A stretch of DNA of 64,000 nt. It comes from Leptogorgia sarmentosa (Eukaryota). Shown here in pieces: positions 1 to 11,668 of this stretch (its first letter is position 1; the number at the start of each line of letters is the position of its first letter). The translations under genes were made by a program, and so were the position numbers. Location: NCBI GenBank assembly GCA_964658305.1, contig OZ210885.1:24366001-24430000 (forward strand). The letters run 5' to 3'. The notes under the pieces are model-generated. The model searched no databases, was not told where the DNA came from, and saw nothing but the letters and a program-made list of their open reading frames with translations.

Positions 1-127
1 ACAATATAGGGCTTATCCGACCACTACTCAGCTTATCAAGAGCTTCATTAAGGGTCTGTCTTTTTTCTTGTTGAGCTTCAATTTCATCAACCCAGATGCT
101 CAACTCCCCTTCAGGAATGGTTTTAGA

Positions 128-186
128 TGACTGAGATGACTGGGATGACTGGGACGACTGGGACGACTGGGACGACTGGGATGGCT
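128..186. repeat. 9-bp tandem repeat (GACTGGGAC/GACTGGGAT), about 6 copies
   Basis: Visible array gactgagat-gactgggat-gactgggac x3-gactgggat. Confidence 0.85.
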
Positions 187-1307
187 GAGTCTCGTCTATC
201 TCAGGAGGAATCGGGCTTTGGGCTGAAGTGCTTGGTTCATCATGTTTCACTGGCTCGATAGCAGGCTGCATCTCCTCCTAAAACACAGTGAGTTGATCTC
301 TGATTACGCATGGTGTAAATTAAATGAAGATAATGGAATCAACTTACTTCAGCAGTATCATGAAGCGGATTACTTTCGTCATCTCGAAGTTTGTAATGTA
401 CCAATCTACAATTCGTACATATCGCTGAAAAAGCAAAAGATGTCTTAGAAATAAACCGCAGGTCTCATAAAGTTGATGTTACACGAATCATCTTACAACA
501 TCAACTTTTACGCTTGTTGCGCGGAAAGGTGAATCATAACATGGCGCGCGATTTCAACGTTTAACGGGGTTTTTTTTGCGGCAACATGTTGCGAGTTTTT
601 AAAGACCATCAAAACTAACAAAATTACGGAGAAATTTTGACGCGGGCTGAGGAATCACTCAGTATTACTTTCTGCTTTTAATGAAATCTAATTTCACAAT
701 CACAGGCAGCCCAATTATGAATTTGTAACAAATTAAGTATTACTATTCTATGCGAAACAATTTGCGTGGATTTCATGTATTATCATCGAAACATAAACCA
801 AGAACAAAAACGCGTGCACTTTATCTAATTGATTTGTTTGAGCGCACGCGCATGGATTAACTTTGGCTCTATTTCACAATCCCGCAACTAAATGTAGAAC
901 CACAGGTAAAGCGCGCGCGTTCGTGCGCTTGCTTCGTAATTTAGATAAAAAACTCATTCATGTTTGGGCTACCTGCGGTTTATGCACGCATAGTATTTTT
1001 ATTCCCTATTATATTGGGCCTTACACACGAGTCCCCTAGCTTTTACTATTGATAAGAAAACCGCGCTTTTACTAACTCCAAGGGGAAAATATACGAAAAC
1101 GTTTCTCATCCGATACAAGTACCGTGGACATCGAAAACACACTCAGCTATATTAGATAGCATATAACAACAAAAATGACGTCATATCACTATATTAGAAA
1201 TTCCACCTGAACTTTAATTTACTTGAATATAAGAAATATACAAATAGGCAAAACATTACATAAAATTTTATTTATGACATATTGATTGCAACAGCAGTGT
1301 TTCTTAC

Positions 1308-1719
1308 CAGATCCAATGGGAACTACTTCATTAAACATCCGATGAATCTCCATTGACATTAGCTCATTGATGCGGCGAGTTGACTTGACTCGTTGACCCT
1401 TGTGTGCGGGGTAGGTACATGAGTTATTCTTGCAACCTTGCCAGTCGATAGTAAGTAATTTTCTATGTCTTGGACATATCGTCATTCTTTTCGTCTCATT
1501 TTCCGATGTGTTAAAAAATCCTGCACGGTTTAGAATGAGCTGTTTTTCTGGAATAACTGACTTTCCTCGTCCGTGCTTCCCCGTAACCTGTAAACTCACG
1601 AGGTGTCCAGTCATGTCTGCCAAACACGCATCAAGAGGTACCACTGTGGAGCCTGTACCAAGCAAGCCACATGGCGAATCATCGGTAGCAAAAGAACAAG
1701 TTAATTCAGCAGAAGCCAT
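1308..1719 (-). pseudogene. First coding exon of a Sola3-like transposase (remnant)
   Basis: MASAELTCSF...LILNRAGFF...MTICPRHR...W...PIGSG aligns by eye with exon 1 of the Sola3 gene at 62035-61618 (MELSCSF...LILSRVAWF...MTICPHHR...W...PGSG). GT donor at the same codon position. Downstream exons not found. Confidence 0.7.
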
Positions 1720-4700
1720 TATGTTATCTCTGGAACTGAGCGCGATATAGAAAAGAAACTTTCTTCGATCACCTACAATAGACTGAAATGAACAATCACT
1801 GGACGTCTGACCTGAGACTGTTGTATTGAGCAATCATTTTATCGAACTGGAATTGAAAACAAGTTTACAACTTGATACACAAGACTAGTCTGAATCAAGT
1901 TATAGTTAAAATGATTTTAATCATTTAAAAAAACATGTCTTAGGTAATGGTTTAGCAATAGACCACAGATAAGCATAGCATTAAACAATAAAATCAGTAT
2001 TATGCCGCTTCAACGATTTGTATCGCGGCGATTGACTTGTTTATTTATGCAAATTAGCATTGCATATCCTACAATATTATGGTCCAAAAGAACCGATTTT
2101 GGACCCAAAACCATAAATTAGAACCATAAACAGTATTTATAATAGTGATTGTCTTTCGAAGAGTTCTTTTATTGCAAGTTTTAGAGTCTCTGACGGAATT
2201 GCGACTTGACCGGAAGTAAAACTTATCTGCCGTCACGCAATTTGAGAGTGCAAAAATAGACAACTTCAACAGCTTCGTGCGCTCGATTGAAGATAGATGT
2301 CAATTGTAACTTTTTAGTTTGTTGAAGTGCAATCATAAGGGTGTCAGGGAATGTGTGTTTGGGAAAAATTCACGCACTTTTGAGAAAATCGAGTTTGAAG
2401 TTGATGAATTTTTCGATAAAATCTGAAGCGTGTTTCGCGGCATAATTGAAGTCAAGGTCAAAGCTGTAAAAATCGCCCGATTTGTCTCAAAACCTACAGA
2501 AGTATTCATCAAAGGATATATTTCAAATATGAATTTTCAAAAATCGGATTGAAGAAGCGATTGTACCTTTTTAGGGGCCCAAATTCTACCTAAAAGTTTG
2601 GCGTAACGAAGGCCGATTTTGGTCCAAAACCGAGGGGGGTGGTCAATCTCGCAAAATATAACCTCTTCGAAACTTTTAATGCCACAGTTCATAATCAATT
2701 TGGATAGTCTTTCATCGCTGAAAGTTTCATTGAAATCGGCCGACCCTCATCTTTTGGATCTGCCCGGTTTTCTCCGGCAATCATTCTGTAGTTCTCACAG
2801 ACTGTTGTTCGATAAAATTCATATCGTTATGACACCAAAATGCATGCTTTTCATAAAGTAGTTAGTTATGCTAACTATGTTGTGCAGTTTAAGTTATAAC
2901 CTTTTACCTTGAAATTCGGATTAGGTCATTAGGTCAAGCGGCCATTGAAGCAGCTCATTAATATTCAGTTTTGTGGCTAATGGAGAACGGATCCGAAAAC
3001 TATACTTGCCTGGGCACAGAGTGCCCCAGCGAGTAATAAGAATAGGTTTCATGCACTTGGGCATATATTACAGACAACCTCGATGCTTTTATGTTCATTA
3101 GGGATTTTATTATGGCAAGCATTCATTTCGATGAATCTTGCAATCTGATTGGTCGATTTGCCGCAGTGCCTTCTGCCGCCATCGTGGAGCATTATGAAGT
3201 TTTTAGTGCCCTACCAAATGGAACAAAACAATGCAGAAAAACACTAGCTTTTCCAAAGAAATGCAATTTGCTGTAAAAAATGAGCGACGACAAATGCTTG
3301 ATGACCAAATTATACTACCTCAGGATAAGAAAATTTCAATAAAAAATCGATGAAATTGAAACAGGCTGAGAGTTTAACAAAAAGTCCAAAAGCCATACAA
3401 TAAATATTGAACATTGGTCTTTCCGTATTAACGTCGCTATATCGCTCGGTCAGTACGGCAAGATATGGGTTTAATAGTTTATCTTAATCAAGCTGCGCTT
3501 GACAGCCTCCTACAATGTGTTAAAGTATATGCAGATAATTGCTAAATGTTCAAGAGGTACATTACATATCCATGCTGCTTGGTATAAAACACTTCATTCC
3601 AAGATTGTTATACATACTTTTACTTGCGCCTCTCCTGATTCACTACTGTTCAACACTATTTCTGTAAATGTATGCCTTAGGCTTTCCCTTTTGCTTTTCT
3701 ATTTTTGTTGCTGTCGCTTTTTACTTCTCCACTTCTGAGAAACGTTCCTGTTCGTTTGTGTTATTGTTTCCATAGAGGACTATGTAATGTTGTGAAACAA
3801 AGTGTATGGTTTCTTAGGCAATTTTATCAAAGTCGGACAAATACTTTGTGAAAAACTGTGATGGTCATAGAAATTGCTTTCCAAAATAAGCCATCTTTCT
3901 GAGGATGTACTGTATAAAAAACCCAGCTTTCGCTTTTTTTAGTTTAAATAGTACCTAATACTTATTAATTTGGAAGTAATGCTTGCCATATATCAATACC
4001 TTTTTCCAGAATGAACCATGTGCTATCAATATGTCTGGAATTCCAGGAAAGTATTCCTCCTCATCCCATGACTCAAATGTTGTTTTTGACACATTCTGTT
4101 TTAAAGGAGAAATGAAGATACATTTCAAAATTTATAAAAAACACCCAAATATTTATTGAAACAATATTCTCGTTTACCCAATGGCCTCGTTTCCATGTGA
4201 AATGATGAATGAGTTTATATGCGGAAGTGCGGCGTGCGTTTGATGTTACCAGCTGGTACTGATGACATCTTTTATCCAAATACTGATTCAAATACTTTTC
4301 CAGCCAAAACCGATCAGAAGTCTGCGTTTTTTTTCAAGAGCGAGTCATGACTTGTGTTACGTCCTATTCAAATTCACTCGCACTTACTAGGAAGTGAAGC
4401 TTACACCTGCATTGACAAAGTTTTTCATGGAGTCCATTACTCTGTTATTCACCTTCAGGGGGGCATAAAAGCATTTTTTGTCTGAACTAACCCTTTCTTG
4501 ACTGCTTGCTTAGCCGAGGCTTCACTGCACAGTAAATCAAAAAGGGCCAATTTGGCCCAAAAAAAGGGGCTAAAATTTTGACCCTGAGACGGCCCCTATT
4601 ACCATTAATTACCGCCCATTTTAGTCCTATTTTTTTAGCCATTTCGGTCCCAAATCAGGGCTAAAATAAGCACAAGCAGTAGGGCCAATTTGGCCCCATT

Positions 4701-5962
4701 TAATAAATCATTGTCAACCACAATGCATTGCGCGCGTGAATTGGTCTGCAGCCATTTTGTTGGCCGAGAAATTCATTAAAAAATAGTCAAGTTTTGTCAT
4801 CTGTGATCATCTTAAACATCCTTATTGAATATTCAATATTTCGCATTGTTTTGGTTGGACGACGCATTGAAAGCCGCTATTTAGTGTTTATTTATCATAT
4901 ATTTCGTCCCGGTTGGGATTTTCTGTGTGAAAAATATGGCATCACCGGCTAGAGATAGCCTGCCAAAGCGTGGACGTCCAAAACTTGGAATTTCTATCAA
5001 ACGAATTGGCTTACAGGCAAACATATATGATGAGTGGATTGCCAAAAAGAAAGATTTTGGATTTGCTCAGAAGAGCAATAGTGATTTTGCGAAGTATTTG
5101 CTTCGTATAAGCGACGAACACAGACGTCAAACTTCACCTTCAACAGTTTATATCTGATATTTTTCAAAGACGTTTTCAGGTCTACCGGAATAAGTACAAG
5201 GTATATTGTTGTTTTGTTCCTATCCCCTTTTAGGTCCGTGTCATTCAACGCCTGTAAGAAAACAGAATAGATCACATTTGCCTGATTTTGTTCACGTATC
5301 TGAATCTCCAATCAAGGATGAACCTCACAGGGTGCATTCTAGTCATGATGAGAAAGTCTATGAAACACCTGAATATAAAGCACTGTATGTTCTATTGTTC
5401 TATGAACTTTCATTTTAGTTTCTAAACCATCATGGCAAAATTTGCTTGTTTAGAATTGTAGATGTTACTGGCATTTCAACTCTGAATGTGAGCACGGTGG
5501 AAAATGTGTCTGTTACGCTCAATCCAGAATTTGGCGTGTATACTGGGGACATTTCATCCAATAGTTTCAGTGATGATTCAGAGTATGATGAAATAAGGTA
5601 AATTAATTCCTGATCAGGTCTTTCTAGATACTGTAAGGTGACTGGTTACTGGTACAACTGTCTTCTAAAATGTTTTTGGAAGCTGATTTGTTCTTTTTCC
5701 CTTTCTCATACCTCATACAGTAAGTCTCGTTGGTGGGATGATGCTCCACATATACCCGACTTTGTTTATATAATTATGTATTGATGTAGTTTTTATATTT
5801 AGTTCTTTCTCAAGTGAAACATCCACAATGGAAGCTCCAAGTGAATTGGATAATGATATGGAACAAGAGTAAGTTCTTTTAGCTGGTAATGAAATAAATG
5901 AATAAAAGCTGCAGTAGATTTATTTACAGTAGATTTCAAATTATATTTATCCATTAAAATAA

Positions 5963-6490
5963 GGGGCTGTTTACATGAGCCCTACAGGGAGAGCTAGCCC
6001 TACCAGTAGGGCTGGTGTTCACCCCTTGTTTACATGACAAAAATCAGCCCTCTTGCTAGGGCTTGCTTGCTTCGATAAACAACACTTACTGTAGGTGGCT
6101 TCCCTCAACTCATTTATTTTAGTATACAGTCGAAAATGATATTTTGCTAAGCAAATTTTTTAACCTTAACCAGCTAACAATTGAATAATGACATAGGCTA
6201 AATATTTTAATCGAAACAAACTTGAAAAAGTGAGTTTGACTCGGATACGGTAGATTTTTAACTCAGCTACCTACAGTAGGAGGGCCTGCCCCCCTTGTTG
6301 TGTTTATATGGGAAATTTCCAGCCCTACTGGGTGCTCAAGATCTTGGGCACAGAATAGCGAGATCTCGCCTAGTAGGGCTGGCCCTCTTCTCATGTAAAT
6401 GTAAACAATCTTTAATAGGGATGTCAAATAGCATGCGGGATCTCGACTAGTAGGGCTAGCCCTCCCTTTAGGGATCACGTAAACAGCCCC
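5963..6490. mobile_element. PIF/Harbinger-type MITE in a transposase intron
   Basis: TIR ggggctgtttacatga / tcacgtaaacagcccc, flanked by TAA and TTA; internal agccctac/gtagggct motifs. A truncated related copy (gggcctgtttacatga) starts at ~6503. Confidence 0.75.
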
Positions 6491-9162
6491 TTAAGCAATT
6501 TAAGGGCCTGTTTACATGAAAGAGAGACCCTATCAGCAGGGTTACCCTAGCGTGTGACCACTCTATTCTAATACATGTTTTATAGTGCATGTTTCATAGT
6601 GCATGTTTACATGCAGGCTAGGGTTACCCTAAGGGTAAGGTTACCCTATCAAATAGATAGGGTGACCTGGGTTAAGATATTTTTTACCATTGACCTGGGT
6701 TAGGCTATTTTTGCTAACACTTGGTATAATAAAATTATTTTAAAAAAATCAGAAAATAATTTTGATGTCTGTTTTTATTGCAGTGATCCAACTTCTGAAT
6801 ATGATGATGAAGCTACTTTAAGTGCTTCTGAAGCTACTTTAAGTCCTACACAAGGAGAAGAAGACATGGAAATCAGCTACACAGGTGATTGTGGTAGCAT
6901 TGAAGTTGTGGTTGAACAACAATATGGCCCAGAAACAAGAGAAGAATGGAAAAAAAGAATAACAGCAAATCTGAAGAAGAGGATTGATGGAATAAACACT
7001 GTTGGCAAGCAGAGTGATGAGTATAAAAAATATTTCAGCAAAGATCGGGTTGTCGTTGATGTAGACATTGTTTTGAACATGTTTCAAAAGTGTCAGATCA
7101 AAACATGCTCTGCAAAGGCAGAGGCTAAAAGTTGGCACATCAAAGGTGGTGTTTTGCATGTTATGCGGACATGTGAGAATGGACATTGATGACTGGACGT
7201 CATCACAGATACTATGTGAGAAGAGGGGACAGAAGGTGTTTGTAAATACGATACTTATGGCTGCAGCAGTATTAGTTACCGGCAATAACTTTGAAAAGAT
7301 AAGGACATTTTTTCAGTTTCTTGGAACTGGTTTTTTATCCGCATCAACATTTCACAGAATCCAAAGGAACTATGTTGTGCCTGGAGTGTCATCTCTCTGG
7401 GAAGAAATGAAGAAAGAAATTTGGGCCCTCCTAAAGGATGAAACTTTGATCCTATGTGGGGATGGCAGAAGTGATTCTCCTGGATTTTCTGCTAAATATG
7501 GTACCTATGTTCTAATGGAGCAGTTCTTAGATGTCATAGTTGATATAAAGGTGATCGACAAAAGAGAAACAGGTGGAGTATCAACAAATATGGAAGTTAC
7601 TGGTTTAAAAAGGCTTCTTGAGAGAATTGTTGGAAACTTGGTGGTCAATGAAGTTGTCACTGATGCATCCACTGCAATTATGGCATTAGTAAGAAAAATG
7701 AAAGGTAAATATATAAATGTATGTTATTTTTTTGCAAAATTACTCAAGCCTGTGTTCTTTTTAGTTCATGGACATTTACTGAAGGAACCTTTAGCGACCC
7801 AAGCAGTTTTGAAGAGACACTCAAATATGTTATTTTTTTATAGAAAAGTATCCAGATCACTTTTCGCACCTTTTCCATGCCTTGGACATTTGGCATAAGA
7901 CGATAAAGTTGACCAAAAAGCTTGCAAAGGTAATTGCCATGTTATTTCTCTTATATCATTCATACTAATTGTTTCTACTAATGTTGAAATACCGGTATAA
8001 AACTGCAAATGTGGTCAGTGTAGGTAACAGATCACAACATCAAAAAGCAGCAAGGGATTTACTCACTACCTAAATGATAAATAAGATTCAACGTTTTGAG
8101 AGAAGGCATTTCATTGGGAGTAAATCCTTTGCTGCTTTTAAATGCCAGTATCTCATTATTGAGCTCAATCCTATCCGGTAATTATTAAATACTGTTATAC
8201 TGTATACATGCTACACATAATGGCTCGGGGCCTGGAGAAATAGTCACATCAGAACAAGGTCGGTAGGTAGAATTCGTCACCAGTCCACCATTCAGTGACT
8301 TTCCACGAATACTGCTCTCCAAAATGTTGGTGAGGTTATATCAGCTGACTTGAAAGAGAGCACAAAATTTGCAAAAAAATAATTAAATTTAAAACAAATT
8401 TAAATATTTATGCAACTCATTTGAACCATGAGCATGAACGTGAACCAGACATTATGCATAGTGTGTATGCTTTTCTGACTTTTCTGTTTTTTAGGCAGCC
8501 ACAGTGAAAGGATGTAAAGCAGTTACTGAATGGTCGGAACCAATCAGAAACCACTTTTGGCATATAGCAGAACATTGTAATGGTGATGCAGAAGTGCTAA
8601 AGGTAGTCATTTAAATGTCGAAATTTGTAGGATGAATGTCTGAGTTGTAGATGCTGGCCATGGGAAGTAATTTTATATTCCAACGAGGGCATTTTAAACC
8701 TCGTGCTGTGGCCCGATGCCTGGCACGAGTAATGACATTGAATTATACTGATACATAAACATGAAAATGTAAAATATTGGTTTTTGCCTAACTAACTTTT
8801 TTGCTGAATGTTTTCAGTACCATATACAGATACCTACCTATCCATCACTGTTCATGAAATAATTTTCTGACTTTTTTTAGGACAATTGGTTTGGTGTCTT
8901 GCATCATGTGGCTGGGGAGCATGAATGGGCAGATGGCGAATGTAACCATGGCCCTTTGGTGGAAACAGAAAAGGAAAAGCCCATTCTGAACAAGAACTCT
9001 AAAGCCCTTGATGCAATCAGGAAAGTTGTTACAGATCCCAAGTTTTTGAAGTCATTGGATCAGTATGTGACATTCAGGTAAATATCTTTGTTACACTGTA
9101 TGTCTTTTTTCTAATGTGTTTCGGTACTATTTTATTCTACAGTACCTGTACTGTATGATCTA

Positions 9163-9423
9163 CAGGGTGTCTCAAAAAAAGGTATTCCAACTTTGGCTTG
9201 GCATTGTGTGTTAATTATTGGGTGTATGAATGTTATTTTTACATGGTCGTAAAGATCAGGATCATAAAGAGCAGTGCATTTTGTGCAAAATGGCACAAAA
9301 ATCTTGTTGTTCAACAACTACGAACTTGCTCTTTATAAGACTATGCCACAATTACATTTGTACACCCAGTAAAAAGCACACAATGGAATGCCAAAGTTGG
9401 ATTACCTTTTTTGAGACACACTG
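9163..9423. mobile_element. Tc1/mariner-type MITE in a transposase intron
   Basis: TA|CAGGGTGTCTCAAAAAAAGGTATTCCAACTTTGGC ... GCCAAAGTTGGATTACCTTTTTTGAGACACACTG|TA. Confidence 0.85.
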
Positions 9424-10343
9424 TATTATAGTACATGTGCAATGAAAACTATTTATGTTTAGGCACACCAGCAAGCTGGAAAATTTCAACTCTATGTTGT
9501 TGAAATATGCACCAAAAAGAGTTAGTTTTCAGTGAGTATGAGCATTTCATGTCTTTGATGTATCAGAGATGTATGTATCTTTGGGCTACAGTATCTAACA
9601 ATTTAATGAGTGAACACTTTTATATTTGTGCTATCATTTATAGAAATGAAGCTTATTTGGCAAGGACCCTAGTGGCTGTGATTGATCACAACAACAATTT
9701 GGATAGAAATCCCTCGTTGAGTTTCACTGGAAATCCAATGTATCAGAAGGTGTACAGTAAAAGGTCAAAAAACTGGAGAGTCCAAGTGGTCAAAGAAGAT
9801 AAGAAATATGATTTTTGGCCCAGTCTTGTATCTCGCATAATGAGAAAGAGAGTGACAGATGAAACCACAATTTTAAGACCAACTGAGATGCCCAGTGATC
9901 ATCCCAAAAAAATTTCACCATCAATTGCAATGAAACCAATACCGAAAACTAGTGATCTGGTACAAAAATCACTTTCCAGGTTTTCAAATGTTTCCAAGCC
10001 TAACAGTGATGATGTGGAAGATGATTACCATATATATTCTCTTTATTAACCCCCTCAAATAATCCCCATAAGCCCCTATTTTAAGTGACCCCCTCCCCCT
10101 TAAAATGTATTTTTCATGAAACAGATTTCTACAAATATATTTTCATTTTTCAGAAGAGTAAGATGATGAGCTTTTTATTACATGTCATCAACAACCTAAA
10201 ACATATATATTTTTGAATAAAGATAAGTCCCCATTCTCGAATAAGCCCCACTCAAATGTGTCTAAAAAATGGGGGGGGGGGTTAATAGAGAGAATATGGT
10301 AGAAATGAAACCGATGTACATAACGCGCTTTAGTGTTCCATAT

Positions 10344-11668
10344 TCATGCTCTTTTAAATCCCATATATATTCCATCCTGTGCAGGGTACAATTGTCTTAT
10401 AGCTAGCACCACACAAGAAGGGCACACCCTTCTATTTCCCCTTCCTAATTTCTTGTATTTCCACAAGATGTATTGCCGATAAGCAGCTTTTCTAAAACTG
10501 TTTGTTGAATAATCCGGTTCTTCAGCTCGAATGTCACACCTTGCTCTGATTGCCATAACCAGAACATCTCGGTTACTACAAGTATTCTGAAAAGTCACAA
10601 ATGATGTGACACACTTGATTTTCTTGCAACATTTATTTTCCTCTTCAGTAGGCATCGGCCTGCAAACACCACATGTGCACCAGTCTGGCTTCGTCTGAGG
10701 TAAGAAAGGAACAGCACCACCAAATTCCACTATGTTTTTTGCATAGTCTAAACTTCCTTTTCCATTTGAAAGTAGTTCTAGGAGAACTGTCCTTTTGTCC
10801 TTCATCTAGTGTGCCAATGAATTCCTATCAGTACAAAAATATTTCACATGTAGGTAACTTTGTAACATTTTTAGACACTTTCTCAATATATGAGCTGACA
10901 TGTACTATATATAAATTATTTATAACAAACAAAGGCACAAGTGTGACTGAGGCAAGGAATTCCTCAGTCCCAATTAAACCAGCCCCCAATTTCAAAACTA
11001 GACTTAGTTGTGTCTGAACACAAATAACATATACACGAGTTGCACCTAGATTTGTAATGTTGCGCATATACCGAGAAAGCGCCCATATATATAACAAGTA
11101 GACATTTTTAGAAATGTCAAAGGTTATTTTGGCAATAAAATATTACCATATATAGCACAATGTAACATATATTTGAAACATGCTAACCGTAATTTCCTGT
11201 TTTGCTTTTTCTACGGCGATCTGGTGGCGTTCAAAGGCATTTCGGCCAGCGTCGGTGCTCTGAGGATCAGCCTGACCGCTTGTAGTTCCCTTATTTTTGC
11301 AGCTTGCCTTCTTAGTGCCACAAGTGCATGCGTCGGCACAACGCAAACCTTCATCTCGGCAAGGACAACCACGTTTCTTTCTCCCACTGCCTTTGCTGCA
11401 TGTGTTCTTGCAGTTACAGAACTATATAGTAAAACAATAATTGAATATCTTACAACAATATACTATACAAGCAGATTTTTTAACGCAATCAAAAACTTAC
11501 TTCAGTTCGTCTGTTTGGTTGATCAACAAGAACATTTGACAGTCCGGGCTGTTCCTCGTCCACATTCTCGGCTTGTTCTGTATAGATTGGCGAGCCGTAG
11601 ATATTTAAATTATCTTCTGGATCGTAGCAAGAAACATTTAAATCTGAATCTGACTCGGAATCAGACAT
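10344..11668 (-). pseudogene. Three-exon Kolobok accessory (KolX-like) gene: acidic N-terminus, CXC/TCR-like Cys cluster, P2X7 C-terminal ballast-like domain; probable frameshift near 10800
   Basis: Exon 11668-11501 MSDSESDSD...; exon 11421-11188 FCNCKNTCSKG...GCPCRDEGLRCADACTCGTKKASCKNK; exon ~10825-10344 WCTCGVCRPMPTEEENKCC...FRKAAYRQYILW...LGRGNRRVCPSCVVLAIRQLYP...YMGF. Confidence 0.75.

Larger units (their letters stand above)
4939..10049 (+). pseudogene. Multi-exon Kolobok-type DDE transposase with N-terminal AT-hook; frameshift near 7185
   Basis: PKRGRPK AT-hook; motifs CGDGRSDSPGFSAKYGTY, VVTDAS, HALDIWH, RNHFW, LHHVAGEH, HTSKLENFNSMLLKYAPKR, AVIDHN spread over GT-AG exons (about 6784-7705, 7843-7929, 8496-8602, 8881-9078, 9463-9533, 9644-10049). 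Homologous to the transposase at 25005-27467. Confidence 0.8.

Noticed and set aside
3950..4500. Possible 3' tail of a non-LTR retrotransposon
   Set aside because: Only a vague resemblance; no readable RT motif or TSD
10344..10805. P2X7 receptor gene (P2RX7)
   Set aside because: No transmembrane or ectodomain exons; only the ballast-like domain, paired with a transposase
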